From: Kudoa neothunni
Taxonomy: Eukaryota > Animalia > Cnidaria
Assembly (NCBI GenBank): GCA_964304625.1
Contig: OZ199840.1
Coordinates: 209,309 to 273,308, forward strand
DNA: 64,000 nt
Direction: 5' to 3'
The position numbers were made by a program, and so were the translations under genes. The notes beneath the pieces are model-generated. The model did not search any database. It saw only the letters and a list, made by a program, of their open reading frames with translations, and was not told the DNA's origin. Positions 12,181 through 26,852 of this stretch are shown here, piece by piece (the first letter of the stretch is position 1; each line of letters starts with the position of its first letter).

Positions 12181-15100
12181 CTTTCTTACCTATTACATAC
12201 AAAACCCCTTATCTTTGACAAATTCGTTATCGCATGCGCCTTTAGCCACCCATGGGTTTATATTACGGGTTTTTTACTTTAGCGTACGTATATAGATCTG
12301 TATTCTTGTAGCTGCAATAAAATTATTTTATTTTAGTTAATGAATTTTTTATATGGCGTTTATATTAGTTTCCTGTGTTTTATTTCATGATAATACTTTT
12401 CTCATCGATCTACAAATTAAATTTTACAACCAACTACACAAACATATATACATTATTTTAAGTATTTTTAGGGTTAAAATAAATACCTTAAACATGATTA
12501 AAATTAACTACATGTCAAACAAATAAATCTATAATTACCCAAGAAACTCAATTCATGTCTTAAAACTAAATGCAACATTTATTTATAAACAACATAACCG
12601 CTTTTTCGCACATATACACATATATTCATTAATTAATCGGGCATGTTTTTACATATTCTGTATGCTAGGAAATGTAAACAAATATATAAATTTAAATTAT
12701 CGATGGAATGATAAACCTTTTTAAAATTTACAGATCAGAATTGTAGATTCTGCTTCAATTCCTTTGTTTTCCATTCGCTTGCATTTCATTTTTGACTGCT
12801 GTATTGAGTAGGATTGAAGATGTAATTGTGTCTTATGAAATTGGCTTACCTTATATAAAATGGAAATAATATCCCAAAAGGTTCATCAAAAAATGACTAT
12901 TCCTGTAAATGATAAGGTTAGCAAATTGTAAACTTGAACTTAGCTTTCTGGACAATGCTTAAACAAAACAAAAATTTGATGGGAATGTTAAATTTAATTT
13001 ATTCTTAAAACTGATTTATTTCAAGTTTTAAATCTCTATTTATCTTATTAAATCAAAACAAAAAATATTAAACTATTAACGAATGTGTTAAATTACCGTT
13101 ATAGTTAATTAAATTAGAAAAAATATAAATTTAAGAAATCATGAATTTTTTGTTGAAAACTTTTAAATTATTCAATAGGATTCGGTAATAACTAAGTTAA
13201 GTAGTTACCATAAATTTGTGCCGAGGATAGTTATAGTTGTATTATCTTCTTTCTATAGTGTTGACAGAAATTAAAGACGAGTTGATGGAAGATGGCGTCA
13301 AATGTAATATTCAATGGTTTTAACAGATTATAAATCCGACCTAGAGATTGATATTGACTTTTTAAATAAAATAATGAATTTATTAGATACAAGCACAAAT
13401 AATACATTTCAAATGTTTAATAATGTTAAAAAACGTAATATTTTAATAAATAGTTGGTTATTAGTATGTGGATATATATTTTAAAAAAGTATCAAACATT
13501 ATATATTCTTAAAGTGTGCATAAAATTACAAAAATTGGTCCGCGTTGCATTTTAAGTATTTTTTGTCGAAGATAAAACAGGAAATCGGTTACATACTGTT
13601 TTAACCCTTATAATTCACTTTATGGGGAATAGTCATAAGAATTTATTCAAAAATTGTACCACAAAAATTAATAAATCTCATCGCTGGTAAATGCAGAATT
13701 CAAAGTGCAGTTTAATGATTAGAAATAATTAACAAATTATAATATTGTTACGTGCATAAAAATTTTACTTACTAATTGTACATGATATGGTTTATATAAA
13801 CTTAAATAATAATATAAGAAGTATAGGAAACATTTAAAAAATGCATGTATATTACTATCGTATTTTTATTAGGTGAAAACAAAATAGATCGAAAAATTGT
13901 GGTATTGATTTTAATTTATTATAATCATATTATCTATTATCGTTAATCATTTGTTAAAGCTTGCATCATATTAAATATACAATATAAATTGTATATAACT
14001 TTTATTCCTTAACATCTTTCGTATATTATTATTAAATCTTAAGACTCAGGATAAAATTAAATTCACCCTCTCATATATATAATACTAAATGCCAAAAAAT
14101 AAAAATAAAAACTTTATGGGATTAATTTTTAATTTTCATGTTTCTATTATGGTGAGTAAGTTGGATTTAAATATTATAAAAAAGAACTAAATGATGCCGG
14201 CTTATAAGCAATGGTTTTGGCAATCAGTGTTTATATGCCACCAAAAATAAGTGATAATATTTACATACTTTCCATCAGTTTTAAGCATTAAAATGATAAC
14301 CGATTTAAATACAAATTCTACAATAGGAATATGAATTTTATTTTATATTGAAAACACACAAAAGCAAATAGCAACGCATATCATTGAGAAAAGAAAAGGT
14401 ATGCATACGTGTCAACTGATCTATTATAATACACCAATTATACATTAAAAATAAGAATATCTATAATATAATTGATTAATGTACGTAGTTATTACATAAC
14501 TATAATTTAAACCTACAAAAAGACTAAATAAAAAGAAACTTGGCAGGCGGATCTAGCGTAGAAATAGAAGGAAGCTTAAATTTACGAAAGGTAATATTTT
14601 TTCCCTCCTGTTTAGTATACTTTAATAAAATCAATAAATTTATATTTTGGTTTTATTATTTCCTCATTATTAAATTTTCCAGTCATTATAAATGTAAAAA
14701 AAAGCACACCACTAAATCCACATGTAGCTGAACAATTACGGGAAATCGGTTAAGCGCCAATAATAGGAAAGACCACTATCCAGAGTTCAATTTTTAAAAA
14801 AGTTGTAAAATATTATTAAACGACAAATAAAATATATAGCTTAAAATATTAAAATAATATTTTAAGGGAAATAAGTCTGAAATTACCGAAAATCTTTCAT
14901 TACAGAAAATAGGTTACCTACTGTATAACCAAGACCGTTTGAATTACAAAATAGGATTTTAAGAAATAGACATAAAAAGCACGTAGTTGCAATGAATTGC
15001 AGTTTTACTAATCAATTATGACAATTAAAAAAATTTAGAAGTCAATTAGTTTTTGATGACCACCGATTAGTATTAATTTTTTTAAAATATATTGCCTCAC

Positions 15101-15261
15101 AATAGAAAGAGAAAGGTCGATGACTTTAGATCTATGGGTTAGGTGCTATGATTCTAATTATATTGGAAGAAAATAGAACAGGACCACTATGGTTCTGTTC
15201 AGGTATTCGAATGTTAATTTAGGCATTGGCTATTTTACAGGTACCTAGTAATCCCCTAGCA

Positions 15262-16683
15262 CAGGGTTTCCCTATAGGGGGTGCATGAAGCAATCACTGG
15301 GGTTGCGAGAGCGCCCCATGATGAATTAAGAATTTAAGCCCGACTATATGAATGAAAGAAAAACTTGAGTTCAGAAATTTAGTTTGAAGCTACCGTATTT
15401 AATTAAATATCACATAATGGAATATTTTGTTGATGAAATAATCTAATAATAACAGATTTTATATAGTGCACTTTCCATTTAAATCATTCTATCTTTTAAA
15501 ATCAAATAAATTTATAATTCAAAAATCGTTACTTATTTACCAAAAACTTATTAATTACTAATAAAATACTGTCAACTTGTATCTTGGAGTATGAAGACGT
15601 TGACAAATTTTAACATAATGCTGTGTATTTAATGAGCGAATTAACATCGCCTACGCGTCATCATGGTTGCTTCCCAAAAGGTTAGAAAATGGAATGAGGA
15701 TTATACTCGGTATGTCTTCAGAAGAGTTACATTGTAGGTAAGATATCATGAATAATACCATGTATCACATAAATAAATTGAAATTATCCTTTTATGGTTA
15801 TTATTCTCCCGACCAGTTACAAGATTCTGATATTTGGATTGTTGATCCATTTTCATTTAATGTTGATAATATGAATAATGATGATAATGATACTGAGGAA
15901 TTAATAGATTTTCAGGAAAACTACACAATGAAGTTGAGTTACAATGATATCCACTTGAGAACTTTTTGTGCAATGCCCAATGCAGTTAACCGTCTCTTGC
16001 AAAATGAGCATTGGAAATTCTTATCCCATTCGCAACGACCTGGTTGTGCGAGTCAAGATTTTCATCTTTGTTGTATTTAAAAAATAAATATAGAAATTTA
16101 CTGAATCCAGAAAATGATTTACACATCGCATTGACAAATGTAGTACCTCGATTTGAATTATTAGTGGAAGAACGCCAATAGAGGGAAAGCCGATAAATCA
16201 AAATTAAACTCAATAGTTTTTAAATATGTTATCATTTTTTTGAATTTTGGTCTCTTATATGCTTATTAAAGTGACTGAATTTGATATCAAACTTTATATA
16301 TTACCTAGATATCTGTCTATACGTAATATTTTATTAATTGTTTTATAAAATAAATAAATAAATTTTTTATTAATAATGTTATATAAAATAGAAATTTTAT
16401 AAGTTTTGGCTTTCTTTTTAAAATGTATGATTATCATAGGAATGCTTTTTTTAATTTTATTCATAAAGTAGTAGCGATTAATCGACTAAGCTCACGAAAA
16501 TTATTTTAATATATTTCTTTAAAAATTACAAAATTAAAATGCATTATTTGGAATATAAACTTAAAGTAAAAAAAAGGAAACACAAATTTACCATTAATAT
16601 TTTTATAAATATTAACATAGGGGTGCGAGAGTGAACTTGATAATCGTTTGGGGGTGTGGGGAAAAAATAAAAGGGAAACGCTG
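15262..16683 (+). mobile_element. hAT (Charlie/Buster-like) deletion derivative
   Basis: TIRs CAGGGTTTCCC / GGGAAACGCTG, 8-bp TSD CCCTAGCA/CCCTAGCG. C-terminal dimerisation relic WIVDPF..LIPFATTWLCESRFSSLLYLKNKYRN. Confidence 0.88.
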
Positions 16684-17545
16684 CCCTAGCGGAACTGGTT
16701 ATTTCGCAGACAGTGAATATCTCTAAAAATAACAAGTCGAGTTTATCGAACATTTATATATCAACCCTCTAATATATTAAAATTCAATTAGACTCCGATG
16801 AATTTGGAGTTAATTTAATCTATCAAGATGAATTGTTTGTACATTCTTAATCATAAACAGACGTTTATATGTAACCTTATAAACGTAGTAAAATCTTAAT
16901 AAAAAGACAATTTTTATTTAATTTAGTGAATAGGTTTTAATACATTTCCATTTTTCGGATATAATGGTTTTAGTTTTTTTAATCAACTTAATATTTATTT
17001 GTCAAATCCCGATTTATAAATGATCATGTTAAAATTATTTTTACATAAATTAACAAAAAATTTTGTTTAATCAACTGTTATATTAAAAAGAATTTCCATA
17101 ATGTTTTATTAGTTCACATAATTTTATTTTATATGATGTATTAATTCAGAATTATCGTCCTCAAAACGTTAAATTTAATGGAAAATCGGTATAGTTTTAA
17201 ATCTAAATAATAAAAAAAATTGGTATGATATTTCACGGAGGTTTTCTTATTTCTAAGCTACTACTACGGGAAAATTTTCAATCTTATTATTGTTTTTAAC
17301 AACGAAAGATATACTCGATTAATTGATAATAATAGTTCCAACACGATTAAGAATCAAATTTTGAATATTATTAAACACGAATTACTTAATACAACTGTAA
17401 TCCATCTTTTCTATTCGGAAGTTCAATTAAGCTGAACATTAAGTTTTACTTACCTACCTTCATCCATATCATTTCAATCTTCATACCTCTTTCTTATCTC
17501 ACTAGTAATTCAATATTATAAAAACCTCATCCTCAATAATTTTAG

Positions 17546-18947
17546 AAAGTCAAAAATATGACTTTCGTAATGAAAAAAACTATAGAATACCATTAAGATT
17601 ATATCCTATAAGCTATTATCTTGATAAAACGACAGCTGCTTGCAAAAAATTTGAGTACAGTGGGCCGGTGGGACTACCTTCAATAACTTCCCGTCGTTAG
17701 AAGAATGCAACAAAGAATGTACTTAAAATTAATTTTACACTCCTACAATAATTCTTTTGAATATGACTACGCTAGTCGCGTTGATGTTTGCACAGCTGAT
17801 CTTCAAGTCGATGGGACAAACGACTTCAATGTATATGAAAAAACTCAAGTAAACAGATATTATTTCAAGAGAGCTTCCGGTGGTGGTACAGGAGAATGCA
17901 AAACATATAATTATAAGGGATGTAATGAGCCAAATACTCATTTCCAAGTGGGGACGCATGTAATGGCAACTGTATAAGTAATTAATTATTTATTTTTACT
18001 GTTATTAATCGAAAATGCAACTAATTAATCTCAAAAAATACTTAACAGAGTTGATTGCCAAGCGTGAGTTATGTTGAACTCCGCTGCAACTGGTACCGAA
18101 AGAGAAATCAAGATCGTAAGGGACAAGGAAAAGTCCACTTGTGTTCATGCGATTGTAAACAAAAGAGATGGATTACGTGGAGTCTTTGATTTATTTTCTC
18201 AATGCCAAAAGAAGTGTCAGGGTAACTCTAAAAATTAAAATATATGAACTCAGTATGTAAATTTAGCTGATGACGCGGCTATTAAAAGATGCAAATATGA
18301 CCCATACCAACCAACCACCGAAGGGCACATGACAACCAAATATTATTATAATTCTACAAACCAGTTATGTATGCAAATGATGGCTGTTGATATTGAAGTA
18401 GATTCAACCAAAAATTGTTTCGATACAGCTGGAGAATGTATTAGTGCCTGTCCAGCTCGTATGTTTCTGTTATAACCTAAAATTATATTATTTAATTTTT
18501 AAAGTTAACGACGATCCAACAGAAACCAATTTTCCCGATATATCCCCCGTATGCAGCGAACCAAAAGAATCTGGTAATGGAAATGAAGCAAGCACACTAC
18601 CAAGATGGTACTATAATGATACACAAAAGGCGTGTAAACGATTTGCATATACTGGAATTGGTGGAAAAGCGAACAACTTTAAAAGCGAAGCTCTTTGCGA
18701 TTACCTTTGCATTGAAGGAATGACTGAAATTACTTTACCCGAACTAACAACTACCCCGGTACCTACAACTGAGACTACAACAACTTCTACAAGTGACGAC
18801 GAATCTGAATCAACCTCTTCCGATACCCCTCCTGACTCACAAGTGGCTGAGGATATCGATAACCATGAAGATAAAACAAGTGAGCACCAGCCCGCTGAAG
18901 CAGGGGAGGAAACCGAACAGCTGGATAATGCCCAACATACGATATAA
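17546..18947 (+). CDS. Multi-domain (5x) Kunitz/BPTI-like protein with Thr/Ser/acidic tail; disrupted as read, start not found
   Basis: One domain per exon, e.g. YYLDKTTAACKKFEYSG..NNFPSLEECNKEC, RYYF..ECKTYNYKGC..ACNGNC and CSEPKESGNG..PRWYYNDTQKACKRFAYTGIGGKANNFKSEALCDYLC. Frameshifts near 17663 and 17943, stop near 18065. Confidence 0.8.
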
Positions 18948-19439
18948 CCTTATGAAATAAATACTTCCGAAGTAAAATATTTTACAGAATATTTTTGTAA
19001 TTTATTAGTAAACATATAAATATTTAATGATATATTAGTTATTATATTTATTGATAACTTTATTTTATAGTGTGTGAATAGGTCTAATTATTTTGTCATT
19101 TGAATATCATCCAATTAGTCAAACATTTTCTTAGAAAATTTAAACTAAGTTTATATTTTGAATATGCACAATTACTTTTATATAATTCTTTGCAAAAAAG
19201 CCAGAAATACTATAATGGAACTATAATTTTGTCAAATAATTACTAAAAAATAATTTCTTAATTTATAAAAATTTATTTTGTATCAAATTATAAAAAACAA
19301 ATTCCAATTATACGTCGTCTAAATAATAAAGAATAATCAAATTTTACGGCGCTCCTAGTTTGCGCGTGAGTTATAAAAGGTTGTAGAATACACTAGTTAT
19401 TAGAATTTTCAACTTAATAATATTAACGACATATTATCA

Positions 19440-20640
19440 TTAAAATCTTATTCGCTTGAAAGAAGAAATTTGTCGTTAACTATAAGTACGTTAGAAATAT
19501 ACGAGGATTTTATTTTTGTAGGCATATTTTCAGTTGCATCATAGTTACTTCTTATACTACATCGATTATTTTAAGCGGTGGTTTATTATTGTCAATTTAT
19601 TGCGAAAAAGATGAATAATTAATCTAATGTCTTAAAAGGAGGAGAATTTTTAATTCTGACAATTTCTAAAATAAGGAGTAAAATCAATTTATTGGATTTT
19701 CTCATTTTAAAATTATTATAGCTATTGATCGATTCAATTCTACTCTACATTTGGTATTTATAGCGAATGATTATTCATGCAGAATAGTCGTCAAACTTGA
19801 TTCTTGTGAATCCGGAAGTTCAGTGTCAATTTTAGCGAAGATTCTAAGCCACGCTTCAATCATAGATATTGAGTTATACGAGATGTTACCCTTGGACGAA
19901 GTTGAGTCTACCTCTTTTTATATATCTGCAGTATCAAAAGACACCAATATTGAAAAAGGAAAAAAATTGAATATGATTGACTATAATAATTCCAAATACA
20001 AATAAGGCTTTTATGAAGAGCCGTTATCTTTTCCTGGCGACGGATTCGGTCGTATGGATTGTGTAGCACATAAAACAGTCAAAAATTATTAACCTGTTGA
20101 TTGTAATCTTGATTCCGAATAAATTGTAGAAAATAAACCCGACTATAATTAAAACTTGATTTATGTTACTGTAGACGGTTGTGTGATTTGTTGGAATAGT
20201 ATATATAATAAAAACAAGAATATAATTATCGACACTTTGGACACCACCTCAACATCAGTTTATTTCTGCAGAAAAAGTGTAGATTCGCCTCAATCGTTAT
20301 CGTTAGTAATTGAGACCAACGATGGCAGCATACGATTCTTTTATAATGATGGTATAACAAGAACAACTGAAAGATTCGATCAATCTGTTGTCACCCCCCA
20401 GAACTGCTAGACATGAAGGGCGTGTATTTGGGCTGGTATGTCACGCTGTTGAAGCAAGCCCACATAGATTGCATTATTGTGCAAGCGTTGGAGAGGATCG
20501 TTCATATAATATGGATACAATGTGAACAATAGCTTACAAATAAAAAAGTCTATTTTACATTATCAAGATTTTTTCAGTGACGATTGTGCCTCATTATGAT
20601 CACAATACAGATACAGACAACAACGGTTATTGGGTAGGTG
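19440..20640 (+). pseudogene. Degenerate WD40-repeat gene fragment (possibly WDR6-like)
   Basis: ARHEGRVFGLVCH..CASVGEDRS..W and YVTVDGCVICW WD-type motifs. Multiple stops and frameshifts. Confidence 0.5.
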
Positions 20641-20764
20641 GATATTGCGAATTTTTCGTTATGTATCATTATTTTATCGTTTTATAAGGTGCAGTTCTAT
20701 GTTATAAGTCTTTAAGCTATTACGGAAACATTTTGAATTATTTATTAAAATAAATTTTTATATG

Positions 20765-20865
20765 CTGAAACTTTTTAGAGTGAATGAACTATATCTACGA
20801 AAAAATCAGCCGAAAAAAGTCACGACATCATGCCGAATCTTGGTAGCCGGTAAGTACCCCATTAC
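20765..20865 (-). repeat. Dispersed ~100-bp repeat (also 27169-27260 + and 32800-32910 -), probable transposon terminus
   Basis: Shared GGTAATGG.GTACTTA(C/T)CGG.TA.CAA.ATTCG..ATGATGT..(C)TC.AAAAAGTT.CAGC in three copies. Confidence 0.7.
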
Positions 20866-20869
20866 CCCA

Positions 20870-21100
20870 AAATATATATTTAAGCAATCAGCAAATCCTT
20901 GTATTCTATGTGTTGCATAAGCAGTAACACCTGGGGATTTGTTTAAAATATTTTCTTTGCACACTTTCGATGCTTCCAGGACTTCAGTATTCCATATTAT
21001 ACCATTTTTGTCGGAGTATACATCAAGGGATTCAATATCATTATCATCAGATTCGAAAGAATTAGAAGAGTTATCGCTATACTGTTCCACAACAACGGAT
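20870..21100 (-). mobile_element. piggyBac transposase N-terminal fragment
   Basis: Acidic N-terminus then SDKNGIIW..ENILNKSPGVTAYA..DCLNIYF, typical of piggyBac N-terminal regions. Confidence 0.6.
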
Positions 21101-21284
21101 TCACTGCAGTAACTTTCAGAACTATCCGAATATAATAAGGTCTGCTATGTATTAGAGAAGGGACACGTATCCAAACCAACAAATAATACTAATAACTAAT
21201 AAGGCCCGATATTCACGTTCGGGGTCCGCAATATCTAATAAGGAATTTTAACAAACACTTTGTTTGTTATTTTTCCTCTCACAA

Positions 21285-22491
21285 CAGTCTCGATATTGCG
21301 AGGTGTGATATAGGGTAGTCGACATTTTTTTCAGATTTCTGTAACCAACATTGTAACCTTTTCGATGTATATAGGCTTCTACTCTAGCGCTATACCTAAA
21401 GATACGAAATAACATTTAAAAAGTGCATTTTTTGTAAAATTCAGGGTTTTTTTATTGGACAGTGGTTACTTCAATTTTAATCCGATGAATCCACAACATT
21501 ACACATTCGAACGATCGGTATTGTGGGGAAGAAAAAAATTTTGTTACAAAATTGGAACTATTAAATATTATGATTCAATTATCTCAACCTAAAATGCCAA
21601 AAAGTCCCTCTATAGCGCCAGAGGATACCATGAATTCTGTTATTGTGAGTTTTATTCAAATTAAAATTAGTTATCCTTCACTGAATAGAATTGTATCTAA
21701 TAAATCTGATATAATGAACTTCAATGTTGTTCTCTCAGTAAAGGAATTACAAATAAAAATACATTTAACTTCAAATTGTGTTATATGTTTGGATTGTACC
21801 ATAATACCAAAAAAGGCAAATATTCTAGTGTTTTCAACACTGAGAAAGCAAACTTTTCGCTAATGATCTTAAATTACTGGTTTAAGTGGAACAGAAGGTT
21901 TCCTTCAAAATTTAAAGATTCTCTGTTTTTTAAAAATTCACTCTTCCTGGAGAAAGGGGGAAAAGTTGACGATAATACTGTTACTGATTAAGTAATTAAA
22001 TTTTATAAGGTAAAAAGTAGATATGAAATATAAAACATTAAATCTCGATGAGACCGCTTTTTCCTACGAACAATGCACTCAACGAACATATGATACAAAG
22101 AAAGAGTTGAATTAAAAGGAAATGAAACAATAAAAAATCATGAAATAGAATTATAATGTGCTTTATTTATAGGAATAAAATTTCCACATAGTGTCATCGG
22201 TAAATTTAACGAGACAACCTGTTTTAAAGGAATTTATGAACTTTCTTTTAAATATTAACGATCAAAAAAGTGGTTGGATGTCTTCAACTATCTTCATGAT
22301 ATTTTAAAAACCCTTGATGAAAAGTTCGTATATTATTAGATCGATGCCTTTCACATCTTTAATTTAATAATACAAACAAATAGGTGTTTTTCTAGTTGCG
22401 CACGCGCAAAACCCAGATATTGGGTAGTGATTTCTTATCAGGTAGTAAAAGTTCAGGTCCCGATTGAATTCGCAATATCGAGACCATACTG
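21285..22491 (+). mobile_element. pogo/Tigger relic
   Basis: Inverted ends GTCTCGATATTGCGA / TCGCAATATCGAGACCATACTG-TA. Internal NLDETAF and GWMSSTIF relics. Confidence 0.65.
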
Positions 22492-22654
22492 TATATATTG
22501 TCGGATGCACTCACATCTACAGTGGTGTGATTCGATATTCTCTCCAGATTATCGTCGTTGTTTGTTTCGTTATTTTCTCTTATTTTATTCGATAGAATCT
22601 ATTTAATTTTAATAAGATGCGTATAATAATTTTTACACTTGTTTAAACTAATAA

Positions 22655-22866
22655 AAACGTGGAGTCTAATAGACCCCCAAAAGCGCAAAGTGTATTAAGT
22701 TTACTTATTTCCCTTATAACTTTAATATTTTTATAAAATAAAATAACATCCATATGTTCCTTTTTAGAGAATACACCGGATATAAATCTTATCTGATTCC
22801 AATAAGTATATAAAGTTAGTAACACAAAATGCTTTGGGGTCTAATAGACCCCAAAGCGCTCGAAAG
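22655..22866. mobile_element. piggyBac-type terminus with duplicated palindrome GGGGTCTAATAGACCCC
   Basis: Palindrome at ~22661 and ~22836, ending ...GAAAGG|TTAA. Confidence 0.55.
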
Positions 22867-23852
22867 GTTAAAACTTCGCAATTGTCATAATTGAAAGTCA
22901 TGGATGTTATCTTCTACATCAATGACTTTGTCAATGTTTTCTGGCGGTAAAATGACAATATAGGTACATTCATCAGGGAAAAATTCATCAACCTGATCAT
23001 ATAGCATCGCTTAGTCTGACTAGCCTCTCGAAACTCATGACAGGGAATTAGGGAACCTCGTGGGTTAATAATAAAGACATAATATTGTGAAGCATTTCAT
23101 CATATAAAGAATAAAACAACTTTTTTTAATTTTACATAAAATAAACTTTAAGTTATTTAGAATATTTTTAAATAAAACGTATTATTATGAAAAAATTTCT
23201 GTTTTTCTATTTAAGTCAATTATTAGTAAGAAAATTTGAAAATGTGAGTACTCACCTATTATCTATTATGTATAAATTAACTTTTCATAATTCTTAATTG
23301 CTACTTGAAAATCGTAAAATTTCGTCATTTCAAAATTTTTTTATAAATTTTCGTTAAATATTTAAAAAATATAGATAGAAACTTAGAAATTATTAAAATC
23401 AAGCATCACGATTATTTGAATATTCATTAATTTTAATATCGTCCACAATGTTACGTAAGAAGGTTCGTTTTATATTGACTTAGAAAATTATATTATTCTC
23501 AATTAACAAGAATTATTTACTCAAGCTTTTTATCATAATTTTTTTCCAATAAAGTCAAGCTCAAAATATTAATATTTTAATCTTGAAATTTATTAACATA
23601 ATCAAATCACAAGAGCTTAAACTATAATTACAGTCATAACAAACTAATTCGGGATTAATATAAAATAGATGAAAATTTATGAAATCACATAATTAAAAAA
23701 AGCATAGGAGATCATATTTTCTCTCTAACGTCGCAAATAAAATTCAAAAAACAATAAATTCAACCAATGATTTAAAATATCAAATAATGTTACGTGGTCG
23801 AAAAATTTTTATCATAAATATTACCTATAAACTATAGTTAACAAAAATTAAT

Positions 23853-26852
23853 TTAATCCCTTTTCTTCTTCATTACCACGATACCAACTATTGCAATAAC
23901 CACAACCACAGCAACGCAAGCAATAATAATTCTAAAATCAGTTAATTCAAATATTAACATTTAAAAATGTTTACATTAGTTTGGTTTTATTCCTAAAAAA
24001 TATTAAATTTGATAAAAGCATATTATTAAGCTCACCCTGAACTACTCTTTGCTCCTATAATATATATAACATTAAATCACACTGTGAACAAATAATATAC
24101 CTTGTTGTATATCAGCACCGCCAAAAATTGTATCATCTTCAACACTGTAAACAGTCAAATAATAGTCATTTCCATCAGGTAAATTATTTATTTTGAATTC
24201 TTTACAGGTCACAAAGGCAGCACATCTGTCTACGTTTCTTCTCATGCAAGATTTTACTACCGCATTTGACTTGACACTACTGTTACGTAACTCCCATTTG
24301 CATTTTGATTTATCGTTCATACTGGATGGAACTGTGGTGGTTACAATGAAACTGTTCCCATCACGTGTAATGACGACTGATATCAATTTTGAGGAGTCAG
24401 TTGGGTTTAATTGTGGTACACCTAATATAAGTTTCGTTTAAGAAATTCTTAATAGAGACATTAATTGAAGCATTAATTGTAATACTTGGTTCTATAATAT
24501 GCTCTTTTTGTGAAGATTTTCCAATAGCTGTGACTAAAATTTTGTATGTATTTGCTGCTTCATACTCGGGAAATGTTATGGAAATGCAAAGGGGATTTGA
24601 AGAACAGGTGTTTGCGCTGTTAGGCATCCTCAGCAAGCTGTGTATCTGAAGTATCCGGAACTGAAGATTTCGCTGTTGATATTAGACCACCATCTGCCAC
24701 TATTGGCACAGCGATTCTAGCTATGTTGAGATCTGCTGAACTTATACTGGGAGGAGCAGCTGAAGGGGGTACTGGTGCTTGGTGCTACTGGGGCGGGTAA
24801 CAGGTGTCGTTACTTTCGATACCACAGGACATGTGTAATAGTCTGTGTAATCGTTACCAGTCTTCTTTTGTACGACATAACTACAAGTTGCAGTTGGATC
24901 CACGGATTTTAATCGTGCCTTCAATGACAAACCATCCAAGGTGATCTTATGTGTTATCGTTAACGTTGTTAATGCTATTAAAAAATTAAAGTGTAAATTA
25001 TAACTTCAATAACCTGTTCGTATATCTGTGTAATCTTTTATGTCGTAATCCTTATGTGCGATCACCCTGATGTCATAAGGTTTGTTTGGCTCAAGGTCTT
25101 CTATCGTAACTTGTTCGCTGCAAATTCCTCTGCACGGGGCGTTACCATTGCATTTCGCGTGGAAAAAGCTATCTAATCCGGTCGGACTTATTAAATACTC
25201 ACAGGTAGGCTCTTCTTTCTTTTCTCCCGTTGAAAGTCCGGCCATAGCTGTAAGAGAAATTGTTATGTCTGTTTTTGTAGGATCAGTAGTTCCATATGCT
25301 TTACCATCTCCGATTTCTTTACAATACATTATTTTATAAAATAAATATAATGATTCACTCGTTCTTATGAATATATGTTCTTTAAAACCTTGTGTAATAT
25401 CAGTGCCTTCAAATGAGATCTCAATCATGTAGGCTTCTCCCGCTGAAAGTCCCTGAATTACCAATTTTGAGCAATCAGTGTTGCAAGCGGTGCTGCTCTG
25501 GGTGGTACATATTGTGCCGGTCAGGGTGGCTGGCTTTGGTTTATCAGCAAAATAATGTTGAAGAGTACATTTGGTCATTTTTGGCGCTAGGGTCCTCTTT
25601 TAATGAGGATCCATCAAACGTTACACCATCTTTGACATAAGAAGAAAGCAACTCTCCAGCTGCTTCATTAATTACTAAAGAAAATAATAGAAAAATTCAG
25701 ATGAATGTAAGAATTACAAAACTTAGTTAGTTCGTAGCCTCGCAATACTCCACTAGTAGCTGTTATGTCGTGATGCCTTGTTTGGATTAAAACTTTATAA
25801 ATCTTTTTCCCCGCAATGCCATTCAGTTCGACGTACTTACAAGGGGCGTAACAACTCTTTCCGGTTCCACCACAAACTGAAATATATGATGGGTTGTTTG
25901 CTGCGTTCTGGCCATCTTTAAGACTGAATAGGCATATTTCAGATGATTGCGAATTAGTGAATTTGATTCCGACTTTGCCCGCAGTTTTGTCTACAATATA
26001 AAACTGGGGTTCGTAAATGGCTATTTTTTCCTTCATATATTGATTGGGCATTTTGTAAAAGAAGCTGGGATATTTACCGCACCTAACTTCGTAATGCGGT
26101 AACAATAAATCAAAGTCAACTTTATTATTATTGTTTTCGGAACTACAAGTGTTCCCTTTGGTACCAGTTTCGTATTCAATATCTCTATAATAAATAGGGC
26201 AATTTACAGGTGTACATGTTTTTGCTACGAATTTAAGCTTATTGTCGGTAGTGTCTGCAGACACCGTAATTTGTGGATTAGCCAATAATGCTAAATCCAT
26301 TTTATTATTTTGAAAAATTAAGTTGATTTACGTATTGAGTATCCGAATACTTTTGACCCTGCCCCGTTAATTGCGTTTTTAACATTATCTATGCGATCGC
26401 CCGACGAATACATATATGTATTTGGTTCTTGGTGATAGGTTGTCATAAGTGATTGCATTTCCATCAGTTGAACAATCGATAACACATTTATTAGTAGTAC
26501 TAGCATCATTAGGAGGGCAGATTGCGATGTCTACAAACGAATTTGCTGTTTCAGAAGTATTAGCTAAAATTTCTGCTTCTTTAGATCGCTTTATAAGGCA
26601 TTTTTGCTAGCACCATAATCAGAACCTCCGAGGTTGATTTTAATTTGGTCTGGGCTATTAGTTTCACCTTTCACAACCTGATACTTGAGCGTTTTCATTG
26701 GAGTTAGAGTAGGAGATGCCTCCGCAGCTGCAGAATCTTGACTTATAGCAGCATTGGTTTTTCTTGACGTTAAAACACCTGAATATACATCAGTACTAAA
26801 ATTAACTCATGATGATACCTAACGCAAGGTAGAGAAATCCAACTATTTTCAT
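23853..26852 (-). pseudogene. Paralogue B of the membrane protein family; at least 6 single-base indels (pseudogene or poor consensus)
   Basis: MKIVGFLYLALG start, all 10 exons present, ends VVMKKKRD*. Indels near 26602, 26401, 25580, 24796, 24779 and 24624, each changing a run length by one base. Confidence 0.8.

Noticed and set aside
12300-15200. Short hydrophobic ORFs in very AT-rich stretches (also 30.8-32.6 kb and 37.5-38.3 kb)
   Set aside because: They are compositional artefacts (F/I/L/K/N-rich) with no motifs or splice-consistent structure.
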